Shown here piece by piece: positions 35,469-45,106 of a stretch of 64,000 bases of DNA (positions are counted from its first letter, which is position 1; each line of letters opens with the position of its first letter). Under the pieces are notes generated by a model. That model was not told the origin of the DNA. It did no database searches and saw nothing but the letters and a program-made list of their open reading frames with translations. Origin of the DNA: Candidatus Nomurabacteria bacterium (lineage in GTDB: Bacteria; Patescibacteriota; Minisyncoccia; Phycocordibacterales; UBA5272); assembly GCA_028286645.1 (NCBI GenBank), contig JAQBRF010000004.1, positions 337,536 through 401,535 of the forward strand, written 5' to 3'. The position numbers and the translations under genes were made by a program.

Positions 35469-36530
35469 TCACAAGCCTGTATTATCATAAGACAATTTTG
35501 TAAGGTCGCTTATTATTTTAGAAAGGCTATCAAAACTATTTCCTCGAGTCATAACACAGATCAAAAAAGGAGCAGATGATTTATAAACAATCCCACAATC
35601 ATGAAGCTCCTCGCTTGAAACTGTTTTCCCATCACTTTCGTATACAGTTCTTTCGCCGAATTTGTGAGCAACTATCACCCCTTGCGGAACTCCAGAAACT
35701 ATACCTTGAGAAAAATCGGAATCAGAAAGAAGAGTCAGCGCCAATATAGAATCATCCTCACTTAAATATGTACTGTTATATAAAATCCTCAGCAATCTTG
35801 AATATAAATCCGCAGACATAAAGTCTGAACTTCCTCCGGCATCCGGGGTGGGCAAAGGAAGTTTCAAATTAATAAACAAGTTTGGAATAGCGTCCGGCGG
35901 AACCAACTTAAATAATAAATTTGTAGCATTATTATCCGAATAAGAAATCATATATTTCATTAATTCTTTTACTGTGTAATAATTCCCCCCAATAATTTTC
36001 ACCTCTGACTTGTAATGCTCTTCTCCATTTAAATCTATCTTTCCGTCAAAATAAATCTTTTTATTTAATAAGTTAGGGTTCTTTTCGGATTCCTTAAGGA
36101 TAGCAATCATTATAGGGACTTTCATCAAACTTGCGGGAGCGAAAGTTTCCTTACTATTTACTTCGCCAAATAAAGCAGTATCAAGATTCCTATAATAAAA
36201 AGATATCATCGTGGCGGACTTGTCCGCGGTTTTTTTATTAATATAATCATTAACTTTTTTCATAAAATCATCCTGAAGCGCTGTTTTAGGATTGTCTTGA
36301 GACAAAAGAAGAGGAGAAATAAGCGGGCTTGTTACTCGGAGGCGCAAGGGTGTACTCCTGATTTCTGAAATCTTATTTGGCAATACGCTATATGTAAGAT
36401 ATAAATATACTAAAAAACCACCAAGGGCAAAAAAAACTACATATAAAGCGATGTTCTTAAACATTTTATGAAAATTCATGCAAGTAAAGGAATTATTATA
36501 TAATACACCTAATACACAGAAATATTTCAT
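35469..36530 (-). CDS. membrane-anchored beta-lactamase-fold serine hydrolase (class A / PBP-like)
   Basis: SxxK (SLMKV), SDN (SYSDNNATN) and KTG-like (HKFG) motifs in the canonical order. Confidence 0.65.
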   Translation of the reverse strand: MKYFCVLGVLYNNSFTCMNFHKMFKNIALYVVFFALGGFLVYLYLTYSVLPNKISEIRSTPLRLRVTSPLISPLLLSQDNPKTALQDDFMKKVNDYINKKTADKSATMISFYYRNLDTALFGEVNSKETFAPASLMKVPIMIAILKESEKNPNLLNKKIYFDGKIDLNGEEHYKSEVKIIGGNYYTVKELMKYMISYSDNNATNLLFKLVPPDAIPNLFINLKLPLPTPDAGGSSDFMSADLYSRLLRILYNSTYLSEDDSILALTLLSDSDFSQGIVSGVPQGVIVAHKFGERTVYESDGKTVSSEELHDCGIVYKSSAPFLICVMTRGNSFDSLSKIISDLTKLSYDNTGL

Positions 36531-36610
36531 TTATGAGCTTCCCAAAAAAGAAATAACATGGTAGATTGAAATTCCCCTCTTTAAAAATTCTATTAGAACG
36601 GAGACGACGC

Positions 36611-36967
36611 ATGCCACTCGCGTTAACAGAAGAACCGCAAACTTCACAGCCGTACATGGATCCCAGCAACCTGGAAAAGTTGAGCTGGAACCGGGTGCTG
36701 TACACAGCCGTCAAGCAAAGGAAAGCTCACGGACTCGTGGATACCGGAAGCATCATCAACGGAGTCCGGACGGACTTCCATAAGAAATGCACCCCTGAAG
36801 TCGCAGAATATATCCTGCGGGGGTGGGAACAGCACGGATTCCTCCACAACGCTCGCGGGCATTGGTGGAGACTCACGGAGGCAGCGGAACAAAAGGCGGG
36901 AGCTTGGGCACAAAATCCCGCACATATGCGTCGGACCACAAGCCCTGAAGCGTTGATGCGCGCGTAA
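36611..36967 (+). CDS. GC-rich hypothetical protein
   Basis: GGAGA RBS before MPLALTEEPQ. A terminator follows. Confidence 0.45.
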   Translation: MPLALTEEPQTSQPYMDPSNLEKLSWNRVLYTAVKQRKAHGLVDTGSIINGVRTDFHKKCTPEVAEYILRGWEQHGFLHNARGHWWRLTEAAEQKAGAWAQNPAHMRRTTSPEALMRA

Positions 36968-36985
36968 GCACAGCATCAGTAGTAC

Positions 36986-37022
36986 GTGCGCAGACCTGAG
37001 GGGGCTGCGCACTTTTTTTTAT
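36986..37022 (+). terminator. rho-independent terminator
   Basis: GTGCGCAG...CTGCGCAC followed by TTTTTTTT. Confidence 0.7.
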
Positions 37023-37023
37023 A

Positions 37024-37332
37024 CTAAAATGAGTACTCCCGGATGTAATCAATTATTTCATCAGAGTTTCCCATTTGTACATTAGCGGAAGTATCTACGA
37101 GAAATGGCATAGTGCGAGCATTGTACCCTTGAACTTCTTTAAGGAACTCTCCATTCTTTATATTTCTATCTTCATAGGAAATGCTTCTATTCGCAAATTC
37201 GTTCTTTACTTTCGCGCAGTATTCACAATTATCTTTTGTATAAAGTATCAACATATCAAAAATTGTATCACAATTTTTAGATTTAAGAATTATGAATGAT
37301 TCATAATTCTTAAATCGTAAATCATGAATCAA
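37024..37332 (-). CDS. glutaredoxin/NrdH-like thioredoxin-fold protein
   Basis: LYTKDNCEYCAKVK (CxxC), TMPFLVD and IIDYI. The real start is probably MLILYTK at about 37254. Confidence 0.6.
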   Translation of the reverse strand: MIHDLRFKNYESFIILKSKNCDTIFDMLILYTKDNCEYCAKVKNEFANRSISYEDRNIKNGEFLKEVQGYNARTMPFLVDTSANVQMGNSDEIIDYIREYSF

Positions 37333-37360
37333 TAAATTTTGCTCCTTGTATTAATTTTAT

Positions 37361-38251
37361 TTGACTATAGAATGTGACTACATGAAAAAAGCTCCAGAAG
37401 TAATAGTTGTTCTAGGCCCCACTGCAAGTGGAAAGAGTGATTTTGCTGTAGATTTATCATTGCAAATGGGCGGCGAAGTAATAAGCGCTGACTCAAGACA
37501 GATATATAAAGGCTTAGATATAGGAACAGGAAAAATTAAAAAAGAGGAAATGAAAGGCGTGAAGCATTATATGCTTGATGTCATAGACCCAAATGAAGAA
37601 TTTTCTGTTGCTAAATATAAAAAGTTAGCAACCCCGATTTTAAAAGATATTCTTTCGCGAAATAAAGCCGCAATCATCTGCGGAGGAACCGGCCAATATA
37701 TAGATGCCCTTATTTTTGATAATAAAGTTCCCGCTGTTCCGCCAAACAAGGCATTAAGAAATAGTTTGGAGGAAAAAAGCGCGGAAGAACTATATAACGA
37801 ACTTTTAAAGAAAGACAAAAGAAGAGCTTTGGAAATAGACAGACATAATAAAGTGCGCCTAATACGTGCTTTAGAGATAATAGAAGTCTTAGGTAAAGTT
37901 CCACGCCTTACCAAACTCAAATTAAAATATAATACTAAAATTTATCTACTTTCCCCATCTCGAGAGTTACTAAGGGAGAGAATAACAAAAAGATTAGAAG
38001 AAAGATTAAAGATAGGAATGATTGAAGAAGTTGAAAATCTTATGAGAGATAGGAAAAATTCGCATGATAAGAAAAAGTTTGGACTTGAATATGTAAGCAT
38101 AGCTAAATTCTTAGAAAAGAAAATATCTGAAGATGATATGAAGCAAGAGATCATTACGAAAAGCATGCAGTACGCTAAACGGCAAGAAACATGGAATAAA
38201 AAGTATCTGAGGGATTTTAAAGATATTGCGGAAATTATAGAAGTGAAATAA
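37361..38251 (+). CDS. miaA: tRNA dimethylallyltransferase
   Basis: P-loop VIVVLGPTASGKSDFAV and the SADSRQIYKGLDIGTGK motif. Confidence 0.85.
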   Translation: MTIECDYMKKAPEVIVVLGPTASGKSDFAVDLSLQMGGEVISADSRQIYKGLDIGTGKIKKEEMKGVKHYMLDVIDPNEEFSVAKYKKLATPILKDILSRNKAAIICGGTGQYIDALIFDNKVPAVPPNKALRNSLEEKSAEELYNELLKKDKRRALEIDRHNKVRLIRALEIIEVLGKVPRLTKLKLKYNTKIYLLSPSRELLRERITKRLEERLKIGMIEEVENLMRDRKNSHDKKKFGLEYVSIAKFLEKKISEDDMKQEIITKSMQYAKRQETWNKKYLRDFKDIAEIIEVK

Positions 38252-38303
38252 AAACAGCGCTACGCCTTGATGCATCCGCATCAGAATCGTAGCGCCTTGT
38301 TGC

Positions 38304-39008
38304 TTACAGACCGGATTTCAACTTGATATCCGGTGAACCATCGAGAATTGCGGAAGTGTGAATCATTTCCTGGTCGCGGATCAACCTGGCAAGACGGTTA
38401 ACAGTCTTCCATCCGAGCTCTTTTTGTACGTCCCGCTCTCTGATCTCTGCGGCCACCATCCGTCGGCAATTCTTTCTTTCCGGATAGAACCACAACCGGG
38501 CGAAACGAGCGTTTGCTAGCAGGGTTGTTGATTTTGTGGCCTTTTCATCCTTCAGAACTTCCCAGCCGAGGGTGATAGCCACTTGGCGATGCCCTCCGAA
38601 CGGATTCAAAAGGTGCCGTCGCAAATACACCGCCATCAGCACCTCCTTATCATCCGGAGTAAGAAGCCTACGAGCCGGCGCTTGCATGGCAACCTGCGAA
38701 AGTCGGCTCATTTCCTTGAAGCGTTCGATGGCCTTCGGTACATAGCTCAGTTGCCGCTTCGCAATAAGCTTGATCGAATGATTCATCGCCGCGTAAAGGG
38801 TGCTGATATACGTCATCTGCGCCCGAGCCCATTGCTCACGAAGCAGTCCTTCTCTTTCTTGGGTCCGTGCGGGCCGCAGACTGAATGCAACGTACTGCGT
38901 GTTTGCGTATTCGTAGAGTCTACGATGTTGAAGTACTACACCTTTCGACCCGAAGTACAAACCTTGCCAGTGCGGTGCATCATCTTGATGTAACGGATCT
39001 TGCGGCAT
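38304..39008 (-). CDS. GC-rich hypothetical protein
   Basis: AGGGGGAAAC precedes the ATG at 39008 (MPQDPLHQ). No recognised motif. Confidence 0.45.
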   Translation of the reverse strand: MPQDPLHQDDAPHWQGLYFGSKGVVLQHRRLYEYANTQYVAFSLRPARTQEREGLLREQWARAQMTYISTLYAAMNHSIKLIAKRQLSYVPKAIERFKEMSRLSQVAMQAPARRLLTPDDKEVLMAVYLRRHLLNPFGGHRQVAITLGWEVLKDEKATKSTTLLANARFARLWFYPERKNCRRMVAAEIRERDVQKELGWKTVNRLARLIRDQEMIHTSAILDGSPDIKLKSGL

Positions 39009-39141
39009 GTTTCCCCCTATTACAATTAATCGGTATATACCGTACTCATATAGTATATAATATATATGCGCTTCTGTCAATATGATATATCCTAAAAAAT
39101 CCTTTAAATATCTGGTATAATCCAATTATAAGTTTAAAAAC

Positions 39142-40563
39142 ATGTCTAATGATTACATAACAACTATAGGACTTGAGGTCCACGCTGAACTCCATACCAA
39201 TTCTAAAATGTGGTGCGGTTGTAAAAACGATCCATATGAAAAGAAGCCTAATCAAAATATCTGCGAGGTTTGCATGGCTCATCCTGGGACGCTTCCTGTT
39301 CCAAATAAAGATGCGATAAAAAAAGTGATTACGGTAGGGCTTGCACTAGGCGCAGATATTGCCGACTTCACAGAATTTGATAGAAAGAATTACTTTTATC
39401 CCGATATCCCTAAAGGTTATCAGATATCTCAATACAAACTCCCTATTGTAACGGGCGGGAAAATTAATGGGATTGAAGTTACTAGAATACATTTAGAAGA
39501 AGATACGGCGAAGTCTACACATACCACATCTGCAAACGCTACATTAGTTGATTACAATCGCGCCGGAGTTCCTCTTATGGAGCTTGTAACTGAGCCAGTA
39601 ATCCATACAGCTGAAGACGCTGGAAAGTTCGCCAGAGAATTACAGAGAGTGCTTCGTTATGTGGGAGCGTCCGAAGCTAACATGGAAATGGGGCAAATGA
39701 GAGTCGAGGCGAATATTTCCGTATCAAAAGATCCGAATAAGTTCGGAACCAAATGCGAAGTGAAAAACTTAAATTCATTCCGCTCCGTAGAAGAAGCCAT
39801 TAAATATGAAGTGGCGCGGCATATTGAATTAATAGAAAAAGGAGAACAGGTTATTCAAGAAACTCGCGGCTGGGATGAAAACAAGCAGACTACATTTTCA
39901 CAAAGGAAAAAAGAAAATGCGCACGACTACAGATATTTCCCAGATCCTGATTTACCTAAGCTTTATCTTCATAAATTATTTAATATTGATGAAATAAAAA
40001 GCTCTCTTCCTACACTTCCGAAAGAAATGAGAGAAAAATTAGCAGGTTTCGATTTAAAACCTGACACGATTGATATTCTTATCGACTCTCCCTCTCTTGT
40101 TAATTACTTTAACGAAGTAATTAAAGACAAAGATGCAGCTTTCGCAAATCTAACTGCAAACTATTTAACTGCGGATATTTTAGGATTACTTAAAAAAGAC
40201 AGTAAGGAGGCAACGATAGATTCACTTCCAACTTCGAAGAGTTTAAGAGCGGTTATTGAAATGATCCAGGCTGGTGAGCTTTCCTCTCGCGGAGCAAAAG
40301 ATTTGCTGGCAGAACTATTAGACGCAAAGGAAGTTGACGTAAAGAAATTAGCTGAAGAAAAAGGCTTAATCCAGAAAAACGATCCGGAAGCATTGAAAAC
40401 AATTGTAGCTGAAGTCATTTCAGAAAATCCAAAGCAAGTTGCAGATTATAAATCTGGAAAAGAAGCTATGTTTATGTTTTTCGTAGGACAATGCATGAAG
40501 AAATCCAAGGGGTCTGGTAATCCTGCATTATTTCAAGACCTGCTAAAACAAGCTTTGAAATAG
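39142..40563 (+). CDS. gatB: Asp/Glu-tRNA amidotransferase subunit B
   Basis: N-terminal TIGLEVHAELHTNSKMWCGC and a C-terminal GatB/YqeY domain. Confidence 0.85.
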   Translation: MSNDYITTIGLEVHAELHTNSKMWCGCKNDPYEKKPNQNICEVCMAHPGTLPVPNKDAIKKVITVGLALGADIADFTEFDRKNYFYPDIPKGYQISQYKLPIVTGGKINGIEVTRIHLEEDTAKSTHTTSANATLVDYNRAGVPLMELVTEPVIHTAEDAGKFARELQRVLRYVGASEANMEMGQMRVEANISVSKDPNKFGTKCEVKNLNSFRSVEEAIKYEVARHIELIEKGEQVIQETRGWDENKQTTFSQRKKENAHDYRYFPDPDLPKLYLHKLFNIDEIKSSLPTLPKEMREKLAGFDLKPDTIDILIDSPSLVNYFNEVIKDKDAAFANLTANYLTADILGLLKKDSKEATIDSLPTSKSLRAVIEMIQAGELSSRGAKDLLAELLDAKEVDVKKLAEEKGLIQKNDPEALKTIVAEVISENPKQVADYKSGKEAMFMFFVGQCMKKSKGSGNPALFQDLLKQALK

Positions 40564-40581
40564 TACTGATATAATTGTTAA

Positions 40582-41172
40582 ATGACAATAAGAGAAGTAT
40601 TTACTAATAGATTCATTAAAGATCTTTTCTGGAGTATTGTTTTTATATTTTTTCTTTATGCGATTACTCATAACCCCATTACCCATCCCACTCCGCAGCC
40701 TATCCCAGGAAATTGGAGCATACAGATAATGCAGCATCCATTATTTTTCGGGTTCGCCGGACATAATTACATCGCATTAAAAGATGCTGATGGTAATATA
40801 ATCTCTGAATTTCATGGACTTGCAACTGATATAAATAATGGGGGATGGAAATATATTGGGACTAATTCAACCGACATAATAAAAGTCTGGGAATTTGAAA
40901 ATGGCAGATATTATATTGCAGGAAAGGGTTTCCCTGGAAAAATTTTATCTCAAGGATTAGAGGCGGATATGAGAGCTGCCTGGAATAAAGGAAGGGCATG
41001 CATGGCACCGATTGATAGCAAAAAGATTCCTTACCCTGCATATGGCGTTAGCTTAAGGGGTGAAACTGTAAATTCAAACTCAGTCGCATACACTCTCGCC
41101 ATTTGCATGGGGTTTAGTCCGGCGCATGTAGGATTACTTACTCCTGGAGAAAAGGTGAATTTATTAAAATAA
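40582..41172 (+). CDS. hypothetical membrane-anchored protein
   Basis: 196-aa ORF with an N-terminal TM helix. Confidence 0.45.
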   Translation: MTIREVFTNRFIKDLFWSIVFIFFLYAITHNPITHPTPQPIPGNWSIQIMQHPLFFGFAGHNYIALKDADGNIISEFHGLATDINNGGWKYIGTNSTDIIKVWEFENGRYYIAGKGFPGKILSQGLEADMRAAWNKGRACMAPIDSKKIPYPAYGVSLRGETVNSNSVAYTLAICMGFSPAHVGLLTPGEKVNLLK

Positions 41173-41206
41173 AAAATCCCCGCATAAGCAGGGCAATACA
41201 GAGTAA

Positions 41207-41596
41207 TCAGTACTTCGCGAGGCCCTTTTCGGAGAGAATACCCTCAGCCTCGTCATGGGCTTCTACGAGCAATTTCTCAAGGCACCTGGACGCCCGCATT
41301 TCGTCTGAGGAATAATTCTCCTCATTGGGGGGGTATATCGTATCTACGAAAGAATGAATACGCTGCCCGAAATTCTTAAAAGCGAGATAACTGCCTCCTT
41401 TTTCCACCTGATCGACAAGGGCTTTTACTAAAGCCGGTTTGCTTATCGAAGAAAGTACGAGGGACAGGTCGCCCATGTCCAACATTGGCGCTTTGCTTTG
41501 TAGAACGAAAATTGCCTTTCCATTGTTCATTTGCAGTCCCCTCTTAATATGAATATAGCTCATTTCAACTCTACAGGAATCTTGATTGGACTGCAA
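41207..41596 (-). CDS. hypothetical protein (moderately GC-rich)
   Basis: ORF with a minus-strand terminator (CCCTGCttatGCGGGG plus a T-run) at 41174-41198. Confidence 0.4.
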   Translation of the reverse strand: MQSNQDSCRVEMSYIHIKRGLQMNNGKAIFVLQSKAPMLDMGDLSLVLSSISKPALVKALVDQVEKGGSYLAFKNFGQRIHSFVDTIYPPNEENYSSDEMRASRCLEKLLVEAHDEAEGILSEKGLAKY

Positions 41597-41599
41597 ACA

Positions 41600-42565
41600 C
41601 TATTTTTTTAACTCTTTTACCAATATATCTCCAAACTCCTTAACCATTTCATCTTCAAACAATGAAAGTGTCATTACATCTTTTTTACTTACCTTCTTTA
41701 GATCCTTTAATTTCTTTTCGCAAGTTTTTTTATCTACCACATCCGACTTTGACAATACAACGATCTCTTCTCTTTTTAAGAGTTCTGCATCATACTTTCC
41801 AAGTTCTTCCCGGATAGTCTTATAAGCCTGGGACACGTCCTCATTATCTGCTGCCACTAAGTGAATGAGTAATTTTGTGCGCGTGATATGGCGTAAAAAT
41901 TTGTGTCCCAGTCCTTTTCCTTCGCTCGCTCCTTCGATGATTCCTGGAATGTCAGCAAGGACATAACCGAAGTACGCCCCGAGGTTCGGCTCAAGGGTTG
42001 TAAACGGATAATCCCCGATCTTTGCTCCTGCGCGAGTGAGTGCGTTTAGCAGGGACGATTTACCAGCGTTTGGCAATCCTATTAATCCCACATCTGCAAT
42101 GAGTTTAAGTTCGATTTCAAATGTCGCAAATTCTCCGATTTCTCCTTTTGTAAACTCCTCCGGTGCGCGATTTGTTGAAGACTTAAAGTTTTCATTTCCT
42201 AATCCACCTTTTCCTCCACGAAGAATCAAATGTATCCCTTCTTCTGTAAATTCATAATGTTTATCGTATTCACGATTGTATACAACCGCTCCAATTGGAA
42301 TATCTAAATATAAATCTTCACCGTCTTTTCCATGCATGCTTCTTTTCTGTCCAGAAACTCCTGTCGGCGCTTCCCATTCTCTTTTATGCTTGTAATTCGA
42401 TAAGGCTTGAATATCACGAACAATGCGGAAATATACATCTCCGCCTTTTCCTCCGTCTCCACCGGCCGGACCTCCATACATGATGCCTTTTTCACGGCGC
42501 CATCTAACTACTCCATCTCCGCCTTTTCCGGCCTTTATATTTAAGGTTATATGATCAATTAACAT
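41600..42565 (-). CDS. obg: GTPase Obg
   Basis: Gly-rich Obg fold GGKGGDGVVRWRREK...GGPAGGDGGKGGDVY. G-domain DVGLIGLPNAGKSSLL. Confidence 0.9.
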   Translation of the reverse strand: MLIDHITLNIKAGKGGDGVVRWRREKGIMYGGPAGGDGGKGGDVYFRIVRDIQALSNYKHKREWEAPTGVSGQKRSMHGKDGEDLYLDIPIGAVVYNREYDKHYEFTEEGIHLILRGGKGGLGNENFKSSTNRAPEEFTKGEIGEFATFEIELKLIADVGLIGLPNAGKSSLLNALTRAGAKIGDYPFTTLEPNLGAYFGYVLADIPGIIEGASEGKGLGHKFLRHITRTKLLIHLVAADNEDVSQAYKTIREELGKYDAELLKREEIVVLSKSDVVDKKTCEKKLKDLKKVSKKDVMTLSLFEDEMVKEFGDILVKELKK

Positions 42566-42733
42566 AAGAGTACTTACTAGATATTAGGCTTTAGGCGTTA
42601 AAAAACCCAAAGATTAAATCATTGTTAAATACTACCTTAAAATAAGGGTTTTATCAATAAGGACTTGACTTTATATAGAAATAATGTATAATTTACAAAA
42701 TATACTTCCCTTATCATCCTTTAGGAGAAAAAA

Positions 42734-43018
42734 GTGAACCCTTTGTACATTGTTATGCCGTCCCTTAGCGTAAACACGGCAGAATTCGTTCAGAATGTGG
42801 AGTTGACGAAAAGCTTTCTTTATCAACTCTTCGTGCTGCCACTTGTCGCCGTGGCGATCTACTTCGCAATTTACTATGTGTTTTGCGCCCCAGGCGTAGA
42901 ACAAGCGGAGAATCGCTGTCACTATAAGAAGATTCGGAAAGTCTTCACAGGATTTTTAGTTCTCTTCATCGTGATTAATGTGGTTTTCCGGCTCGCTCTG
43001 CGCTTCCTGTTGAGCTAA
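42734..43018 (+). CDS. small membrane protein (GTG start)
   Basis: AGGAGA 5 nt upstream of the GTG. Two TM helices. A strong terminator follows. Confidence 0.45.
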   Translation: MNPLYIVMPSLSVNTAEFVQNVELTKSFLYQLFVLPLVAVAIYFAIYYVFCAPGVEQAENRCHYKKIRKVFTGFLVLFIVINVVFRLALRFLLS

Positions 43019-43069
43019 ATAAGTTCGGCGTCATCATGGCCGCGCTAGGCTACTGATCATATCCGAATA

Positions 43070-43102
43070 CCCGCCGCACGGCCTCTCCGTGCGGCGTTTT
43101 TT
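43070..43102 (+). terminator. rho-independent terminator
   Basis: CGCCGCACGGcctctCCGTGCGGCG followed by TTTTTTG. Confidence 0.75.
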
Positions 43103-43164
43103 GCTTAAAATATGCAATTTTGTCAAGATTGACCGCTTGGACAAAAAGAATAGAATGGCCTTAT

Positions 43165-43743
43165 ATGAAAACAATTAAAATAGCCTTCTTAGGAATATTG
43201 GTATCTATGGGAGCGTTCGGTGCGGCATCTGCAGCGTATTATCAGACATCGTCATATTATCAGCCTACAAGCAGCTATTATGGAAACTATAGTAATTATA
43301 GCGCTTCTTACTATTACACTTCAGGATGCTATACCTATTATTATAATGGGTCTACCAGATCAACTACTGTTTACAGCTATAACTGTTCCACTACAAATTA
43401 CAATACATCATATTATCCAGTAAGCAGCTACACTACTTATCCCTCAACCAGCTATTACACCCAGCCATCACAGTACTACGTATACTGCAGCTCAAATGGC
43501 ACATGGTATAAAACAACTGGATCCTGTCCAAATATTTTCAGCGGATATAGCACGAATTACAATACATATAATACAGGTTATACAAATACTGGATATACGA
43601 ATACAAATTATTACGACAGCTACTACGGAAATGGCGGATATAATAGCTATGATTCATACGACATGTACGGATATAATAACTATAACAACAGCGGATACGG
43701 AAATAATTGTTACTACAGCGGGTACCAATACGTTTGCTACTAG
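43165..43743 (+). CDS. secreted tyrosine-rich low-complexity protein
   Basis: Signal peptide MKTIKIAFLGILVSMGAFGAASA. The mature part is about 28% Tyr plus Ser/Thr/Asn/Gly, with 8 Cys. Confidence 0.55.
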   Translation: MKTIKIAFLGILVSMGAFGAASAAYYQTSSYYQPTSSYYGNYSNYSASYYYTSGCYTYYYNGSTRSTTVYSYNCSTTNYNTSYYPVSSYTTYPSTSYYTQPSQYYVYCSSNGTWYKTTGSCPNIFSGYSTNYNTYNTGYTNTGYTNTNYYDSYYGNGGYNSYDSYDMYGYNNYNNSGYGNNCYYSGYQYVCY

Positions 43744-43770
43744 AGCGGAGTGTAGCGTATAGAAAACACA

Positions 43771-43805
43771 AATAAAAAAGGTCGCGCTAACGCGCGGCCT
43801 TTTGC
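43771..43805. terminator. bidirectional intrinsic terminator
   Basis: GGTCGCGCtaacGCGCGGCC, flanked by an A-run on the 5' side and a T-run on the 3' side. Confidence 0.6.
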
Positions 43806-43812
43806 GTCTCTT

Positions 43813-44283
43813 CTACCCAGAGAGCTCCCCGTAGTACTCGAACTCACGGTGGAGCTTTTCCGAAAGCGGGAACCTGTTAGTCTGCCCTCGGTCTGGCACC
43901 CGATTTATCTTCGGGTCCCATGCTTGGTATTGCATACGAGAGCCGCTTATCAGGTGTTCTAATGAAAGAACCACCACGTACGGGCTTGAACTTCCTTCCT
44001 TTCTTCTCTTGAGGATCGTGCTCCCGGGCTTGATGACGAACTTCTTCCCGAGGAAACGATAATCCCGCTGGAAGTGAGGCAGAGGATGACGAGCGAGTGA
44101 GCTTGTAGGCTTCACCTCCTGCTTGACCACATCCCATTCGCGAGTGGTGACCTCCCCTCCATACAATTGCTCCGCGTCCGGAGGAAATACCTCCATGACG
44201 AGCACAATACTCTGCGCGCCTGCCACCACTTTCCGATCCAACCACAGATCCTCTACTGCGGGGTTCTGCTTTACCTTTTTCAT
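43813..44283 (-). CDS. GC-rich hypothetical protein, tandem paralog 1
   Basis: Shares WDPKINRVPDRGQTNRFPLSEKLHREFE with paralog 2 (WDLKNNCPQPRGQTNGHPIDERFHKKFK). Confidence 0.5.
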   Translation of the reverse strand: MKKVKQNPAVEDLWLDRKVVAGAQSIVLVMEVFPPDAEQLYGGEVTTREWDVVKQEVKPTSSLARHPLPHFQRDYRFLGKKFVIKPGSTILKRRKEGSSSPYVVVLSLEHLISGSRMQYQAWDPKINRVPDRGQTNRFPLSEKLHREFEYYGELSG

Positions 44284-44329
44284 TGCGAGTACTCCATTGA
44301 ACGTATCATTATTACCCTATCATGCTTTT

Positions 44330-44358
44330 CTTAAAGAAAAAAGCCGCGCGAGCGCGGC
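44330..44358 (-). terminator. rho-independent terminator
   Basis: Minus strand GCCGCGC...GCGCGGC followed by TTTTTTCTTT. Confidence 0.6.
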
Positions 44359-44381
44359 CACTTATACGTTGGAGCTTCCAT

Positions 44382-44885
44382 TTAACGCTTGAGAGGTGGC
44401 TCCACCACCTTGAACTTCTTATGGAAGCGTTCGTCGATGGGGTGCCCGTTGGTTTGACCTCTGGGCTGAGGACAGTTGTTCTTCAGATCCCACACTCGGT
44501 ACTGAAATACCCACACATCTTCAGAACGTTGCGGTTTCCAAACTTTCATCACCTTGATGTAGCGAGCGTCTTCGTGTTCACGCTTTTCCCGTTCCAGAAT
44601 GGTCACTCCTGGCTCGAGATCCGGAACATAGAACCCGACGCGACGGCCATAGTTATCGGGGAAATTCCGCGCCTCGAGATAGGAGGTAGTTCCCACAGGA
44701 GTTCCTTTCTCGATGTCGAACGATCGTACCTTCGCCACAGTGAGAGCGCGAGCCATGAGTGGGTGGTGGCCTTTCTGCACATTGAGGACCACGACATGGG
44801 GCCATGATCTCCTTGCCCCCTTTTGCCTCTCAAACACCCCACCCTCTTCAACCTTCTGTGACCCTTCTTTCTTCTCGATGAACAT
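44382..44885 (-). CDS. GC-rich hypothetical protein, tandem paralog 2
   Basis: See paralog 1. Confidence 0.5.
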   Translation of the reverse strand: MFIEKKEGSQKVEEGGVFERQKGARRSWPHVVVLNVQKGHHPLMARALTVAKVRSFDIEKGTPVGTTSYLEARNFPDNYGRRVGFYVPDLEPGVTILEREKREHEDARYIKVMKVWKPQRSEDVWVFQYRVWDLKNNCPQPRGQTNGHPIDERFHKKFKVVEPPLKR

Positions 44886-45106
44886 GGTTTATCCTTCGCA
44901 AAGTGAGTGAAGCTCATTAAAACACTATCACAAAAATCTTCTAGCTAAAAGTCCGCAATATGGCGGACTTTTAAACTATCTTAAATTAAACTTAAAAATT
45001 AGTATAGCTATCACAAGAAAGAGTATTAACAGAATCCAGACTGAAATTTTACTTAAGGGCCGAGTCGTAAAGACATTAAGTAGAATCTCAAGAATAAAAT
45101 CCATAA

